Assembly (NCBI GenBank): GCA_038087875.1
Contig: CM075999.1
Location: 372,001-434,000, forward strand
DNA: 62,000 nucleotides
Reading direction: 5' to 3'
Source of the DNA: Malacoraja senta
Taxonomy: Eukaryota
Position numbers and translations under genes: made by a program. Positions 21,055-32,859 of the stretch are shown piece by piece. Below the pieces are notes generated by a model. It saw only the letters and a list, made by a program, of their open reading frames with translations. It made no database searches and was not told where the DNA came from. How positions within the stretch are numbered: position 1 is the stretch's first letter; every line of letters begins with the position of its first letter.

Positions 21055-21934
21055 TGTAAGTTATTGGGGGCAAATCCTCCAAAAATCGAAGAACTCGGAT
21101 AAGGACATGGATATTTTAAAAGGACAAATTTGCTGGCTGCAACGGAAAAAAAAACCCAATCCACAAACCTGTCTGGCCTGTGGAATTGGGCATCACACAC
21201 TATGCGAATGATGTGGACAAGAAAGGCTGAGATGGAGATAACGAGATTCTCTTGGATACACAAAGGAAGGAACCAAGCCTCAGCAGACGGTGGTAAACAG
21301 GCCAGCAGTAACACAATCACCATCGGGGATGATAACGATCAGGCTGAGGGATCATGACATCAGCAAACCCCTTATCATCGGAAGCCTATTGTTCATGCCA
21401 GATCGAAACTGGGAAACATCAAAAGAACCCCTTCTATCCAGAGGACCACCTGGGGGTTTCAAAGGAAGCTCAGGTATAAAACCCAAGTCCAGCCAGAACT
21501 CTTTCTCTCTTCCTGCTCTTCCTGCTCTGCTGGACAGCCCGTGAGCCTGCATCAACCTAAGCTGTGAGTACCCCAGACGACCTGGTGAAGTTCCCGAAAA
21601 TAGGATAGAGGTTGAGAGAGAAGGGGAAAGGGGGTGTATTTGTAAAATTGTGTTAAAGTAAGTTTCACGACGTGACCGATAGTTTTCCATCCATAGTCTT
21701 AGCTTAAAGCATAAGTTTAGCCACGTATTGTGTAGTGTTGGTGAGATCCGATTTCTCATTGTTTAATAAAGCCTGTAAATTTTAGACTTGCTTTGAGTCC
21801 ATCTTGGTTTCTGTTTTCTCTCACCGGCACACTCTGGTCAATTCAACCTTTTTATCATATCCCACCATAATTCCGAGGTCTAGAACCTAGGGGAACCCCT
21901 TTTGTATAATAAAGGGAAACACTAAACCCCTACA
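21055..21934 (+). repeat. 3' LTR (880 bp)
   Basis: Copy of the 5' LTR. The only difference seen is A8C4 versus A9C3 near LTR position 100. Confidence 0.97.
21765..21770 (+). terminator. LTR polyadenylation signal (copy in 5' LTR at 11886-11891)
   Basis: AATAAA followed by T/GT-rich downstream sequence. Confidence 0.6.
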
Positions 21935-22907
21935 CATCCGTGTCATGCACTGCTGTCGAACTGCAGCAGCATACAAGACAGAAGCGGGTCAGCACAACTG
22001 CGTCAGATGGCGAGGTGCCTGTCCAAAGTCTGCAACGGGACATGTTCAAGGATGTAAGTGCTTTTGGAATACCCATCATCAAATCTCTTTCACTCTGCCC
22101 TACTTCCACGTTTCTCCATCGCATCCCACAATATAATTATCATGATTGTACTCTCTTGTTGCAGATCATGGAACAGGCAAAGACAACGTCGGGCATGATC
22201 ACCGCTTTCTCACAGCCAAGGACGTCCCATGAGAGAATTGTGCATGCGTATGGAATGTTACTCAGGGAGGAGATGTTCTTGATCCCTGAGGAAAATTGGC
22301 AATGCTATAGTATAGAGGGATTGTCCTTGGCAAGGGCGCACAGACTTCCTCAGCCAGTAAAATATTTAAATCAAAGTTTATTGAAATTAAAAAAGTTTTA
22401 ATTTAATGCCGTCTATGATTCATTTATTACGATTTTCTTTGTGTTGCAGAGTCCGATAAGGCATATGCCATTAGTGCCACTGCAACAGACGAGGATGCCA
22501 CCACAATATCCCCACCAGGTACATTGTGAAACATTTTTGAGTCTTCAGCCTGACTCAAGATTTTCTCTAACACACAGCTTGGGAAAGGTTGTGATTTGTT
22601 TGGCACCGATACATATTGATACGCTTATGTGTTTTGCCCACAGGCAAGGATGGAATACCGTCCTGTGACATACCCCTGGATGGCAGCCCCCCCCCCCCAC
22701 TATGTCAGTGGACACACCCCACCGCCACATAATTCATCACGTGGTATGGATAGGCTAGGGGAAAGCAAATTCCATGTCCAATTTGAGGGTCCCGAAGATG
22801 GCACAAACTCCGGCACCGAAGACGCAGAATTATATATTTAAGATTGACATGTGCCGTAGGAGTGACGTTGCCCCCAAAATTCACGTTGCCCCCAAAAGCC
22901 CCCAAAA

Positions 22908-24007
22908 GACTCCTTACCGACATCCACTACAAACCCACCGACTCCCATGGCTATCTGGACTACACTTCTTCCCACCCTGCTTCCTGTAAGGACTCCATCC
23001 CCCACTCCCAATTGCTCCGTCTACTCCCAGGATGAGGCGTTCCACACCAGGGCATCTGAAATGTCCTCATTCTTCAGGGAACGGGGGTTCCCCTCCTCCA
23101 CCATAGATGAGGCTCGCACCAGGGTCTCTGCCATACCCCGCAACACTGCTCTCTCTCCCCATCCCCCCCACTCACAACAAGGGCAGAGTCCCCCTAGTCC
23201 TCACCTTTCACCCCACCAGCCATCACATACAAGTGATCCTCCGTCAGTTTCGCCACCTCCAACGTGACCCCACCACTCGCCACATCTTCCCATCTCCCCC
23301 CATGTCTGCCTTCCGCAAAGACCGCTCCCTCCGTAACTCCCTTGTCAATTCTTCCCTACCCTCCCATACCACCCCCTCCCCTGGTACTTTCCCTTGCAAC
23401 CGCAAGAGATGCAACACTTGTCCCTTCACCTCCCCCCTCTACTCCATTCAAGGACCCAAGCAGTCGTTCCAGGTGCGACAGAGGTTCACCTGCATCTCCT
23501 CCAACCTCATCTATTGCATTCGCTGCTCTAGATGCCAGCTGATCTACATCGGTGAGACCAAGCGGAGGCTTGGCGATCGTTTCGCCGAACACCTCCGGTC
23601 GGTCCGCAATAACCAACCTGAACTCCCGGTGGCTCAGCACTTCAACTCCCCCTCCCATTCCGTATCTGACCTCTCTGTCCTGGGTCTCCTCCATGGCCAC
23701 AGCGAGCAACACCGTAAATTGGAGGAAATGCACCTCATATTCCGCTTGGGCAGTCTACATCCTGGGGGCTTGAACATTGAATTCTCCCAATTCTGCTAGC
23801 CCTTGCTGTCCCCTCCCCTTCATCAGCCATCTGGTTGTCTCCTTCCCTCCCCCAGCCCTCGGGCTCCTGCTCCGCATTTTTCCTTTTTTCCTTTCTTCTC
23901 CCCACCCCCTATCAGTCTGAAGAAGGGTTTCGGCCCGAAACTTTACCTATTTCCTTCGCTCCATAGATGCTGCTGCACCCGCTGAGTTTCTCCAGCATTT
24001 TTGTGTA
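22908..24007 (+). mobile_element. Penelope-like element, 5' truncated (RT C-terminus plus GIY-YIG endonuclease)
   Basis: TDIHYKPTDSHGYLDYTSSHP..SIPHSQLLR, then ORF 23107-23799 with CNRKRCNTC and IYCIRC..IYIGETKRRLGDRFAEH..GLN. 3' tail ctgaagaagggtttcggcccgaaa. cccaaaattcac is duplicated at 22873 and 24008. Confidence 0.9.
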
Positions 24008-24490
24008 CCCAAAATTCACTGTTGTGCCTGCTTGTGTGTTGCACATTACCGTTTAATTCACTGTTTCTCACTACGTTATTTGTTTGCTTTCACTAATGAA
24101 CAATGTTCTGTTGAATAATGTTGCATATTTAAAAAGAATTGCTTGTTTTTCAATATGTTAATTGTTTCCACTAAATAAACAGTTTAAATTTAATATAATA
24201 TTGTGGAAAAAAGTGTCTGTTAATCAAACAGGCATAGAATAGCATTGAATTGCAAAATTATTTCATTATAAGCCATGAAAATCAAACAATGGCATTTAAG
24301 CCCTTTAAAGATCAGGCAATTTTAAAATAGGTGATGTAGGTGGTACTATTAACACAGAATCAATAATTTCACAATGTAAATCCATCCATCAACATACATA
24401 GATCGCACTTTTGTTAGATCTGGGGCCTTCATGATCGGGTACCTCTGCCGTGAAAACACAACCCTGACATCCCCTGTTTGCTTTTGATCC

Positions 24491-25639
24491 TCAAAACACA
24501 TTGTCCTGCCAGGGTACACTGCTTCGCTCTGAGTTGTAGTAAGCACAGAGATGGTCCCTCAGCTCCTTTGCTCTTCTGTTGCTGGTGTTTCCTTGCAATG
24601 ACCCTAGTGCCACCATCGGTGATGCCGGTCTTGCAGCTCTCCATGAACCTGGTGTGACTTCACCTGTCTGTTTGTCCACCGTGTCACCCTCCACCAAGGC
24701 TGCAGACGCACCTCTGGTGCGGATCAGGTTATGGAGGACACATGCCGCGTAGACAATGGCCTGCACATTCTCGGGCTCCTGCTCCATTGTTGTCAGCAGG
24801 CATCGGAATCTGCTAGCAAGGATACCAAAAGCATTCTCCACTACCCTCCTAGCCCTGGACAGCCTGTAATTGAAGATCCTTTGCTCCCTTGACACCCCCC
24901 TATGAGGGTATGGCTTCATCATCCATGGCCTGAGTGCAAAGGCATCATCACCAACCAGTGCGTAGGGGATGTCAGGGTTGTCTTCTCCCGGCAGAGGTTC
25001 TGGATCCGGAAGGCCTGCTCTCCCTTCTTCCAATGCTTGCCCAAGGGAGGTCTCTCTCCAGATCCCTCCATCTGCGGCACTGCCAGGTGTGCCCACATTC
25101 ACAAACATGAAGTTGTAGTTTGCAACTACCACAGCTAACAGCACGATGGAATGGAACTTCTTGTAGTTAAAGTACACAGAACCTCCCCTGGGTGGACACC
25201 AGATGGCCACATGCTTCCCGTCAACAGCCCCACATGTGTGCAGGAAGTTCCATCTGCTTTGAAAGCCGTGCGCCACACTCCTCCACCCGTCTGGTGTAGT
25301 TGGGCAGTCAATAAGCTCATCATATGTTTTGTTGATGGCGTCACACGTCTCTCGGACTACACCGCTGATGGTGTTGTGAGCCACACGGAAGTTATACGAC
25401 AGGCTCTTGTAGGAATCCCCTGATGCAAGGTAGCGGAGGGTGATGGCTAGGCGCAGGCCTGGTTCCAGTGACTTCCGCATGACGGTGTCCATTTTCTGCA
25501 GTAGAGGTCCGACTCGTGTCTTGAGCTCCTGAAACAGGTCAGGCGGGATCCTGGTGAAATTTCTAAAGGCAGCATCATCTACCCGCTGCAGATCCGTCAT
25601 CATGGTCACCGAAGGGGGCCTAAGAACATTACCTGCCAT
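24491..25639 (-). pseudogene. Harbinger (HARBI1-family) DDE transposase, N-terminus probably truncated near 25610
   Basis: FRNFTRI..RLAITLRYLASGDSY..GAVDGKHV..YFNYKKFHSIVL..GDDAFAL..FNYRLSRARRVVENAFGIL..ACVLHN. Sequence beyond about 25610 is an unrelated repeat tail. Confidence 0.92.
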
Positions 25640-25899
25640 ACTTTGGCCCGCCGCTCCTCTCTTCCAGCTTTCTTCCTCCTTCTACAATCAGACTGAAGAA
25701 GGATCCCAAACTGAAACGTCACATATCCATGTTCTCCAGAGATCCTGCCTGACCTGCTGAGTTACTCAAACACTGGGTGTTTCAAAAAAATCAAATTCAC
25801 TGTTCATTTACAAAATTTCTGTGCATAGATTATCTCCAAATTTGCCGACACTATGAACACAACCCTGTCCTCTGCAATGGAGCTCCAGTATAGATGGTC

Positions 25900-26215
25900 A
25901 ACATGGCAGAGTGGTGCAACGGTAGAGTTGCTGTCTTCCAGTGCCAGACACCCGGGTGCAATCCTGACTACGGATGCTGTCTGTACAGAGTTTGTACATT
26001 CTCCCCGTGACCTGCGTGGGGTTTCTCCAGGTGCTACAGTTTCCACCCACACTCCAAAGACATACAGCTTTGTAAGTTAATTGGCTTCGGTAAAAATTGT
26101 AAATAGTCGCTAGTGTGTGTATCGGATGGTGCTATAATGTACGGGATGATCGCTGGTTAGCACGGGTTTGGTGGGCCAAAGGGCCTGTTTCTGCACTGTA
26201 TCACTGAACTAAACA
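25900..26215 (+). mobile_element. tRNA-derived SINE (HE1/V-SINE-like)
   Basis: A/B-box-like head gtggtgcaacggtagag..cccgggtgcaatcc, V-like core gagtttgtacattctccccgtgacc..tccacccacactccaaagac, and CR1-like tail gggccaaagggcctgtttctgcactgta. Confidence 0.75.
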
Positions 26216-26313
26216 GCTTCAGGTTCCCAGATATCCATATCATCAGTAACCTAACCTGATTCATTTACACTGATGTGGTAATTAAAAAAGTGCATCAGCT
26301 ATTTTCTTTCTTA

Positions 26314-26824
26314 AGGGCCTGTCCCACGGGCAGGCGATTCCAGGCGGCAAGCGTGACCTAGCAGGAAGCGGAGGCCGCGAGGGGGCCGCGGGGTCGGTCC
26401 CACGTAGATCGCCGGAGCTGTATGTAGTTGGTCCCGACACCGCGCGGGGCTCAGTAAAACTGACACTGTCCAAAAATCCTGTGCGGCAACGGCCTGCCGC
26501 CCCGCTGCCGCCTAGACGCCGCGCGCACCGCCTGGATGCCGCGCGCACCGTCTCGACGGAGTAGGCTAGCGCGTTGCGTTGCGCGATAACGTCATCACCC
26601 GACGCCGCGCTCGCCGCATGCATTCGCATGCTCGTGGGACAGGCCGTACGGTAATCGCTCTGCCTCCGCGCAGCAACCGCTTCCGTTTAGGTTGCGCTTG
26701 CCACATGCATTCGCATGCTCGTGGGACAGGCCGTACGGTGGCACCCGCGCGGCAGCCGCGCGGCCCCCGTTTCCGGGGAAGTCGCGCTTGCCGCCTGGAA
26801 TCGCCTGCCCGTGGGACAGGCCCT
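26314..26824. mobile_element. Non-autonomous Harbinger MITE (511 bp)
   Basis: TIR agggcctgtcccacgggcaggcgattccaggcggcaagcg with its complement at the other end; TTA TSD at 26311 and 26825. Confidence 0.92.
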
Positions 26825-29800
26825 TTAGGCATCTGACAAGATTCAGCATGCCCACGAGGATTCACTCGAACAACTACATATGTGCTTTAGAAATGCTTGA
26901 AGAGCGTGAAGAACATTGCTATACCTGAGGATTTGAGACACAAGTTCAGTTTTATTTCTAGACTGAGTTCTTGGAGATCTCTTCTCATCTGTCTCCTGCC
27001 GGTCCTGTTGAACTACTTGTATTGATGCCTGAGAGTTTCACTTGACTAACTGTCGCTCAGAATCGGTGAACGTGGTGTCTTCTAAATGTTTTACCATGCC
27101 GTGGAATGCAGCTAATTTAATTCCTGAAAGTTCTATAGACAATAGACAATAGACAATAGGTGCTGGAGTAGGCCATTTGGCCCTTCGTGCCAGCACCGCC
27201 ATTCAATGTGATCCTGGCTGATCATCCCCAATCAGTACCCCATTCCTGCCTTCTCCCCATATCCCCTGACTCCGCTATTTTTAAGTCCTATCTAGCTCTC
27301 TCTTGAAAGCATCCAGAGAACCTGCCTCCACCGCCCTCTGAGGCAGAGAATTCCAGACTCACCACTCTCTGTGAGAAAAAGTGTTTCCTCATCTCCGTTC
27401 TAAATGGCTTACTCCTTATTCTTAAACTGTGGCCCTTGGTTCTGTTTTCAAATATTTCCTCAAGCACTTCTCCAAGTTTATTTTGGCTTCATAATTAGCA
27501 TATAAAGTCATAAAGTGATACAGTGTGGAAACGGGCCCTTCGCCCCAACTTGCCCGCATCGGCCAATCTATCCATCTATCATCTATTTATCTTTGGATAC
27601 TAAATTATAGCATTTCATATTTCCATCACAATTCCAAAAGATATAAAGTCCATTACAAGCTATTACTTGGAATTGTACTTTTTTCTTGATTTTGCAGGTT
27701 TGCACAAAAAGAGGTCATTCAGCTCATCATGTCTATGCTGACCTACAGCAGAACAATCCCAGCTGCCCTACTTCCTTGTAGTCTTCACATACCTGACAAC
27801 GTCTGAGACATTTACAGCACCTAGTGTGTGTCGGCATATCTGTGTCGGCATATGTGTCGGCATATCATTTGATGTGGGAGGAAACTGGAGCAACCATGGA
27901 GAGAAATTTCCAACTCCACACAGACAGCAACAAAGGGCTGGATTGAACGCAGGTCACAGAGTTGGCAATACCAAGCTATTCTGTATAATTCCTAGGTCTG
28001 TCTTATAAAAGTGATACTTCTGAAGCCCTTTTTCCTTCTAAAATTCGTTTATTATCCAGTACACCAGGGTGCAATGAAGTTCTCTTGAATTTCTATAGAG
28101 GCACTTGTTTGTGAAGAGCATTTAAATTGTTAGTGTGAAACTCAAAGAGTAAACAGTATATGTATTAATAAAAAAATACAACAATAAATACAACGCGTCC
28201 AAGCCTGATCTCCACAGGGTTGCCAGGGACGCCAAGAGAGACCTTCAAAATATGTTGGAGGTTCAGTTCAATCAGGTTTTCCTGTTCAAGATGGCAGCAG
28301 AGGCCGACAAAGGAAAACAATGGTGCCAGTGTCCAGGTTGGGGCCTTACATCCCACGCCATCGGAGGCACTCTGGGTGGTCCAAGGTTGGCCGTGGGAGG
28401 CGACACGGGACCCGGTGTGGGAACGCTGGCCGTGTGAGGCAAGGGACAGCGCACTTGCGGGATTGGGCACGGCTCCAAGTGGCTGAGAGTGCGGGTCGGC
28501 CGTGGCCTGCAGGGGCATGGACCGGCGGAGCTGTGATGGAGGATATTGAACACATCATATGGCCAGGCTGACCCAGCAACTCCGACGGGATGTATCTCAG
28601 CCTAGTGTGGCAACTTCTTGGCTCTTGACCACCCAGCTGCTTGACCACCCAGCATTCTTCTCCCCACTCTACTCTGAGTTTTTCTCCTCTGGATGCGAGT
28701 GCAGTTACATTGTAACTCAGTGTAAGTTCGAGCAACAGCAGTTCATCGTCTGACTGAGCACATTGCGGCCGTTTGGTTTCTACAGTGAATTCAACCATTT
28801 TAGATAGAACATAGAACAGTATAGCACAGAAACAGGCCCCTCGGCCCACCATGTCTGCACCGAACATGATGGCAGGTTAAACTAATCTCCTCTGCCTGCA
28901 CGTGATCCATATCTCACCATTCCCTGTATGTCCATGTGCCTATCTCAACATCTCTTAAATGCCACTATCATATCTGTCTCCAGCACCACCCTGAAAGACA
29001 TCCATAAGTTGATTTTGCCCACAAGTGACAATTGTGAATCCATGACCATGTTGTTTCCAGTTATTTTGCTACTGGATCTTGCTTTTCACAGATTGATCTG
29101 CGTTCCCTTTTGCACTTCACGTCAAACATATTTCATTGGCTGTGAAAAGCTTTGGAACATATTGGGGCTGTGGAAGACACAATAAAAATTCAATCTTGTT
29201 TTACAAACTTTCAACGGCAAAATTGCTTCCCTGTACCCTGTCCCTGGGTAACAAACATTTCATTTTGACAGACGTCCAGAAGTCAATTTTGTTTGTAAGT
29301 TGGAAAATATACCTAAACATAACTCGATATAGTAAACATGCCTTCATAGCACTGGAAATAATTGGCATCAAATAAACATAAGACTCATAAAACGGACAAT
29401 TACTAAAAGTGGAGAGAGGAAACTAGTTTGGCCATTCAAAGGTATGTGGGATTTTTATGTTTAATAATATTGTTTAAAGTTTTTTGGGGGAAATTTAGGC
29501 TCTTTATGGTCACATGTAGTGAGAAACAATGAACAGCTTTGTTTTGGCTTTGTTGCTGTCTTTGATTTGTCCTTTTGTATAGTTTTTCTTCATTTGTTTT
29601 ATGTTCTTTTCATATCTCGCATTTCCCTCTCCCATGACTCTCAGTCTGAAGAAGGGTCTTGACATGAAACATCACCTATTCCTTTTCTCCAGAGATGCTG
29701 CCTGACCCATTGAGTTACTCCAGCTTTTTTGGGTCTAGCTTTGTTTTGCATGTTATCCAATCAAATCAGATAATACTAGTTATCTCTAAACTAGTTTAAT

Positions 29801-30949
29801 CTAGAGATACAGCATGAAAACAGGCCCTTCTGCCCACTGAGTCTATGGCATCCATCATTCACCCATTCACATCAGTTCTATGTTATCCCATTACTCATCC
29901 ACTCCTGACATACTCGGGGCAATTTTCAGAGGCCAGTTAACTTACAAACCTGCACATCCCTGGGATCACCCGGAGAAAACCCACGCTCAGCAGCTCTACC
30001 AGCACTGTGCCGCCCCAAATTTAAATATGAATTTAATAATATTATAGCGCTCGTTCATAACCGCCTATCTGTTTGTAACCCAGGGACAGCGTGTATTGAG
30101 GAGATGAACAAACTTTGTTTGACCTAATTGCTCACAGGAAATGTTCACCAGAATGGGTGGATTTTCCAGCCTTTGGCACATCACCAGGACCCTCCTTTCA
30201 AATGGTTCCCAGAAGATGTCGACGAAGCTTAAAAGTTGAGGTCCAACATGAAAATAATAATCCTTGAAAGAGTAAACACTGCTGGTCTGCAAATGAGAGC
30301 AAAGTTAATGTTTAACGTCAGCAGCTACTGAAATGTTAACGGTTTCCCTTTTCACAGATGCTGCCTGACTGCTGAGTGTTTCCTGCATTTCCTGTTTTAA
30401 TTTCATATTTATAGATCTGGGAGGTTTATTTTAGATTTGGATGTAGGTTTATTAATGTCACATACACCGAGGTACTGTGAAAAGCTTTGTTTTGCATGCT
30501 AATCAAGTAGATCAGGTGGACCATACATAGAAACGATCAGTTCTAACTCAAGTACAACAGATAGAGCAAAGGGGACGATACAGAATGCAGAATATAGTTC
30601 TCAGTATTGTTGTGTAGTGTAGCACATCAGTTCCTTAGACAATGTCCAATATCCTCAATGGGTTAGCAGTGAATCGAACAGTAGCCTCGCCTATGAAAGC
30701 ACCGTAGTGAAGCCTTATAAGGGGAAGAAGCTCTGTAGTCCGATGGTATGCGCTTTCAAGCTCTGCACCTTCTGTCGGATGGGAGCAGGGAGAGGAAGGA
30801 ATGGCCAGAGTGAGACAAGTCTGATTATGTTCCGATGCAGGATTAATTGCAGATAGAGTCAATGGTGGAAAGTCTGGTCTGTGCGATGAGCTAGGCTACA
30901 GCTACAACTCCCTGCAATTTCTTACATTCCTGGGCAAAACTGTTCCCAA

Positions 30950-32180
30950 AAAGTCATAGGGTCATAGAGTTATGCTGCTCTGTAAAAAGTCTCTTCAACC
31001 CAACTCTGTCATGCCGACAATGTGCTATCGTCAGTGAGACGTATTTGCCTGCATCTGGCCCTTATCCCTTCAAATCTTTCATATCCAGGTACCTGTTCAA
31101 ATGTCGTTTAAATATTGTAATTGTACCTGTCTCTGCCACTTCTTCTGGCTGCTCATTCCACTTAGAAAATGATGCCACACAGATTCCTGTTAAATCTTTT
31201 CACTCTCACCTTAAACCTGTGCCCTCTGGTTTTAAAGACTGCGACCATCCGCTTTATCTATTCCCCTCATGATTTTATAAACCTTTGTATTTTCACCATC
31301 AGCTTCCTTTGCCCCTAGGAAAAAACCATTCCAGTCCATCCAGACTTTCCTCACAGCTTAAGCATTCCAGTCCTGGTAACATCCTCATGAATCTTTTAAG
31401 GACCCTCTCTAGCTTAATCACATCCTTCGTATAGTGTAGCAAACGGAATTGCACACATTATTCCAGATGTGGTCGTAGCAGCGTCCTACGTAACATGTCC
31501 TTCCGTTTGTACTCAATGCTCCCTCTGATGAAGACAAGCAGGCCATTCACATTCTTCACCACCCCAACTGCGTCGCTACTTTCAGGGAACTATATACTTC
31601 TGCTCAGTTGTACTATGATTTGACTGGACAGCACACAAACATCTGCATCTCACTACATGTGAAGATACTTAACCAATATCAATATCCCTCGCTCTCTCTG
31701 TTCTACAATACTCCCCAGCACCTTATCATTTACAGCACATGCCCTGCCCAAGTTTAACTTTCTAAAAGTAACTGCATCACTTCTCATTTGTCTGAGTAAA
31801 ACTCCATCTGCCAGTCCTATGCCCACTTTCCCAGCTGATCTAGATCCTATGTTATCTGAGACAACCTTCTTTTCTCTCCACCACCCACAAACTTACCTGT
31901 CACTACCTTCTCTTCCAAATTGTCAATATATAATGACAAGCAGTAGGGGACCCAGCATCGAACCCTGCAATGTACCAGCCATAGGTCTCTCTCCTGAAAA
32001 TAACCTGCATAACGAGCACTCGCTGACTACCTTCCACCAACACAGTTTCTTGTGTCACAGCTCCTTGTGTCTCCAACATAATTCTTTTTCCAACTGGCTA
32101 AATCATCCTGGTTCCCATGTGCCCTCACTTTCCAGACCTGTCTACCATGAAGAGCTTTGTCGAAAGCCTTGCTAAAGACT
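30950..32180 (-). mobile_element. CR1-type LINE 3' fragment, degenerate
   Basis: Antisense CR1 signatures (cacattattccagatgtggtc, tactcaatgc..ctgatgaag, tcgaaagccttgctaaag). Boundaries approximate. Confidence 0.6.
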
Positions 32181-32859
32181 CTAGGATAGGCACATCAATA
32201 TGTAGGGGAAAGGAGGGATATGAATTATATGCAAGCATATAAGATTTGGTCTTGGCATCATGTTCGACACAGACATTATGGGCCGAAGGGCCTGTTCCTG
32301 TGCTTTACTGTTCTATATTCCATGTAGACAATATCAACCAACCAGCCCTCATCAATCCTTCTTGGATATCTCTTCTAAAAGGTCAGGTAACTTGGTCGCC
32401 GTGAATTCCCAAGTTGACTATTGCTACTCCGAACTTGCCTGTCCAGAGAGAGAGAAAGTTTTGGCCAAAGGTTGGCTCAAATAATCAACTTGGTCAAGGT
32501 GCAAAGCTCTTTTACTCCTTTCATTTGTGAGAAATTGGATTCTCCACACGAGTCAAAAACAAAGCAAGATTTGAGGTCAACAAGGGTTCTCACACATCTC
32601 CCCAGGGACACACATGGTCACAGGAAGAACATGCAAACTCCACACTGACAGCACAGTAGGGCAGGATTAAAGTGGTTCTACTCGCTGTGCCACAGAGCCG
32701 CCCTGGGTATTCTCATTTCACTCTTCTTAAAAGAAACAAACACTGAGCAGTTCCAGAACCATGTTCTGGAACTGCTCAGAGGAATAGAGTTAACATTTCA
32801 GTTAATAGAGAGAGGAATAGAGAGAGGAATAGAATTAACATTTCAGTCGTCCTGACTAA

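Larger units (their letters stand above)
11176..21934 (+). mobile_element. Full-length endogenous LTR provirus, lokiretrovirus-like (gag, pol with two RNase H folds, F-like env)
   Basis: TG..CA LTRs, 4-bp TSD CATC (11172-11175 and 21935-21938), PBS, and gag-pol-env order. The provirus itself is clear; the lineage is inferred from domain architecture. Confidence 0.92.
10236..22841 (+). pseudogene. Harbinger ORF1, MADF/Myb-SANT-like DNA-binding protein, 6 exons, about 420 aa, disrupted by the provirus
   Basis: Exons 10236-10662, 10772-10953, 11096-11175 plus 21939-22053, 22165-22356, 22450-22518 and 22644-22841. All introns are GT-AG and the spliced total is 1263 nt in frame. Motif LVEWYQAHHELYDKTHRDFRN..WLKSQRTRFGK..GKSGSG..QWIYEKWGFVRDHI. 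An N-terminal (PA)n linker is present. Confidence 0.8.
9740..25610. mobile_element. PIF/Harbinger DNA transposon (two-gene type), right end missing, with nested provirus and Penelope
   Basis: TAA (9737-9739) followed by TIR aaggcctgtctcac, which matches the MITE TIRs agggcctgtcccac. CpG-rich subterminal region. Convergent MADF-like gene and DDE transposase. No right TIR found. Confidence 0.85.

Noticed and set aside
24491..25639. Domesticated host HARBI1 gene
   Set aside because: The context (TIR, partner MADF gene, insertion into DIRS, 5' truncation) indicates a transposon copy.
25900..25975. tRNA gene
   Set aside because: It is the tRNA-derived head of a SINE, followed by the SINE core and a LINE-like tail.
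28170..28790. GC-richer block with a possible broken zinc knuckle (CEARDS..GIGH), perhaps a Gypsy gag remnant
   Set aside because: Too degraded to call.
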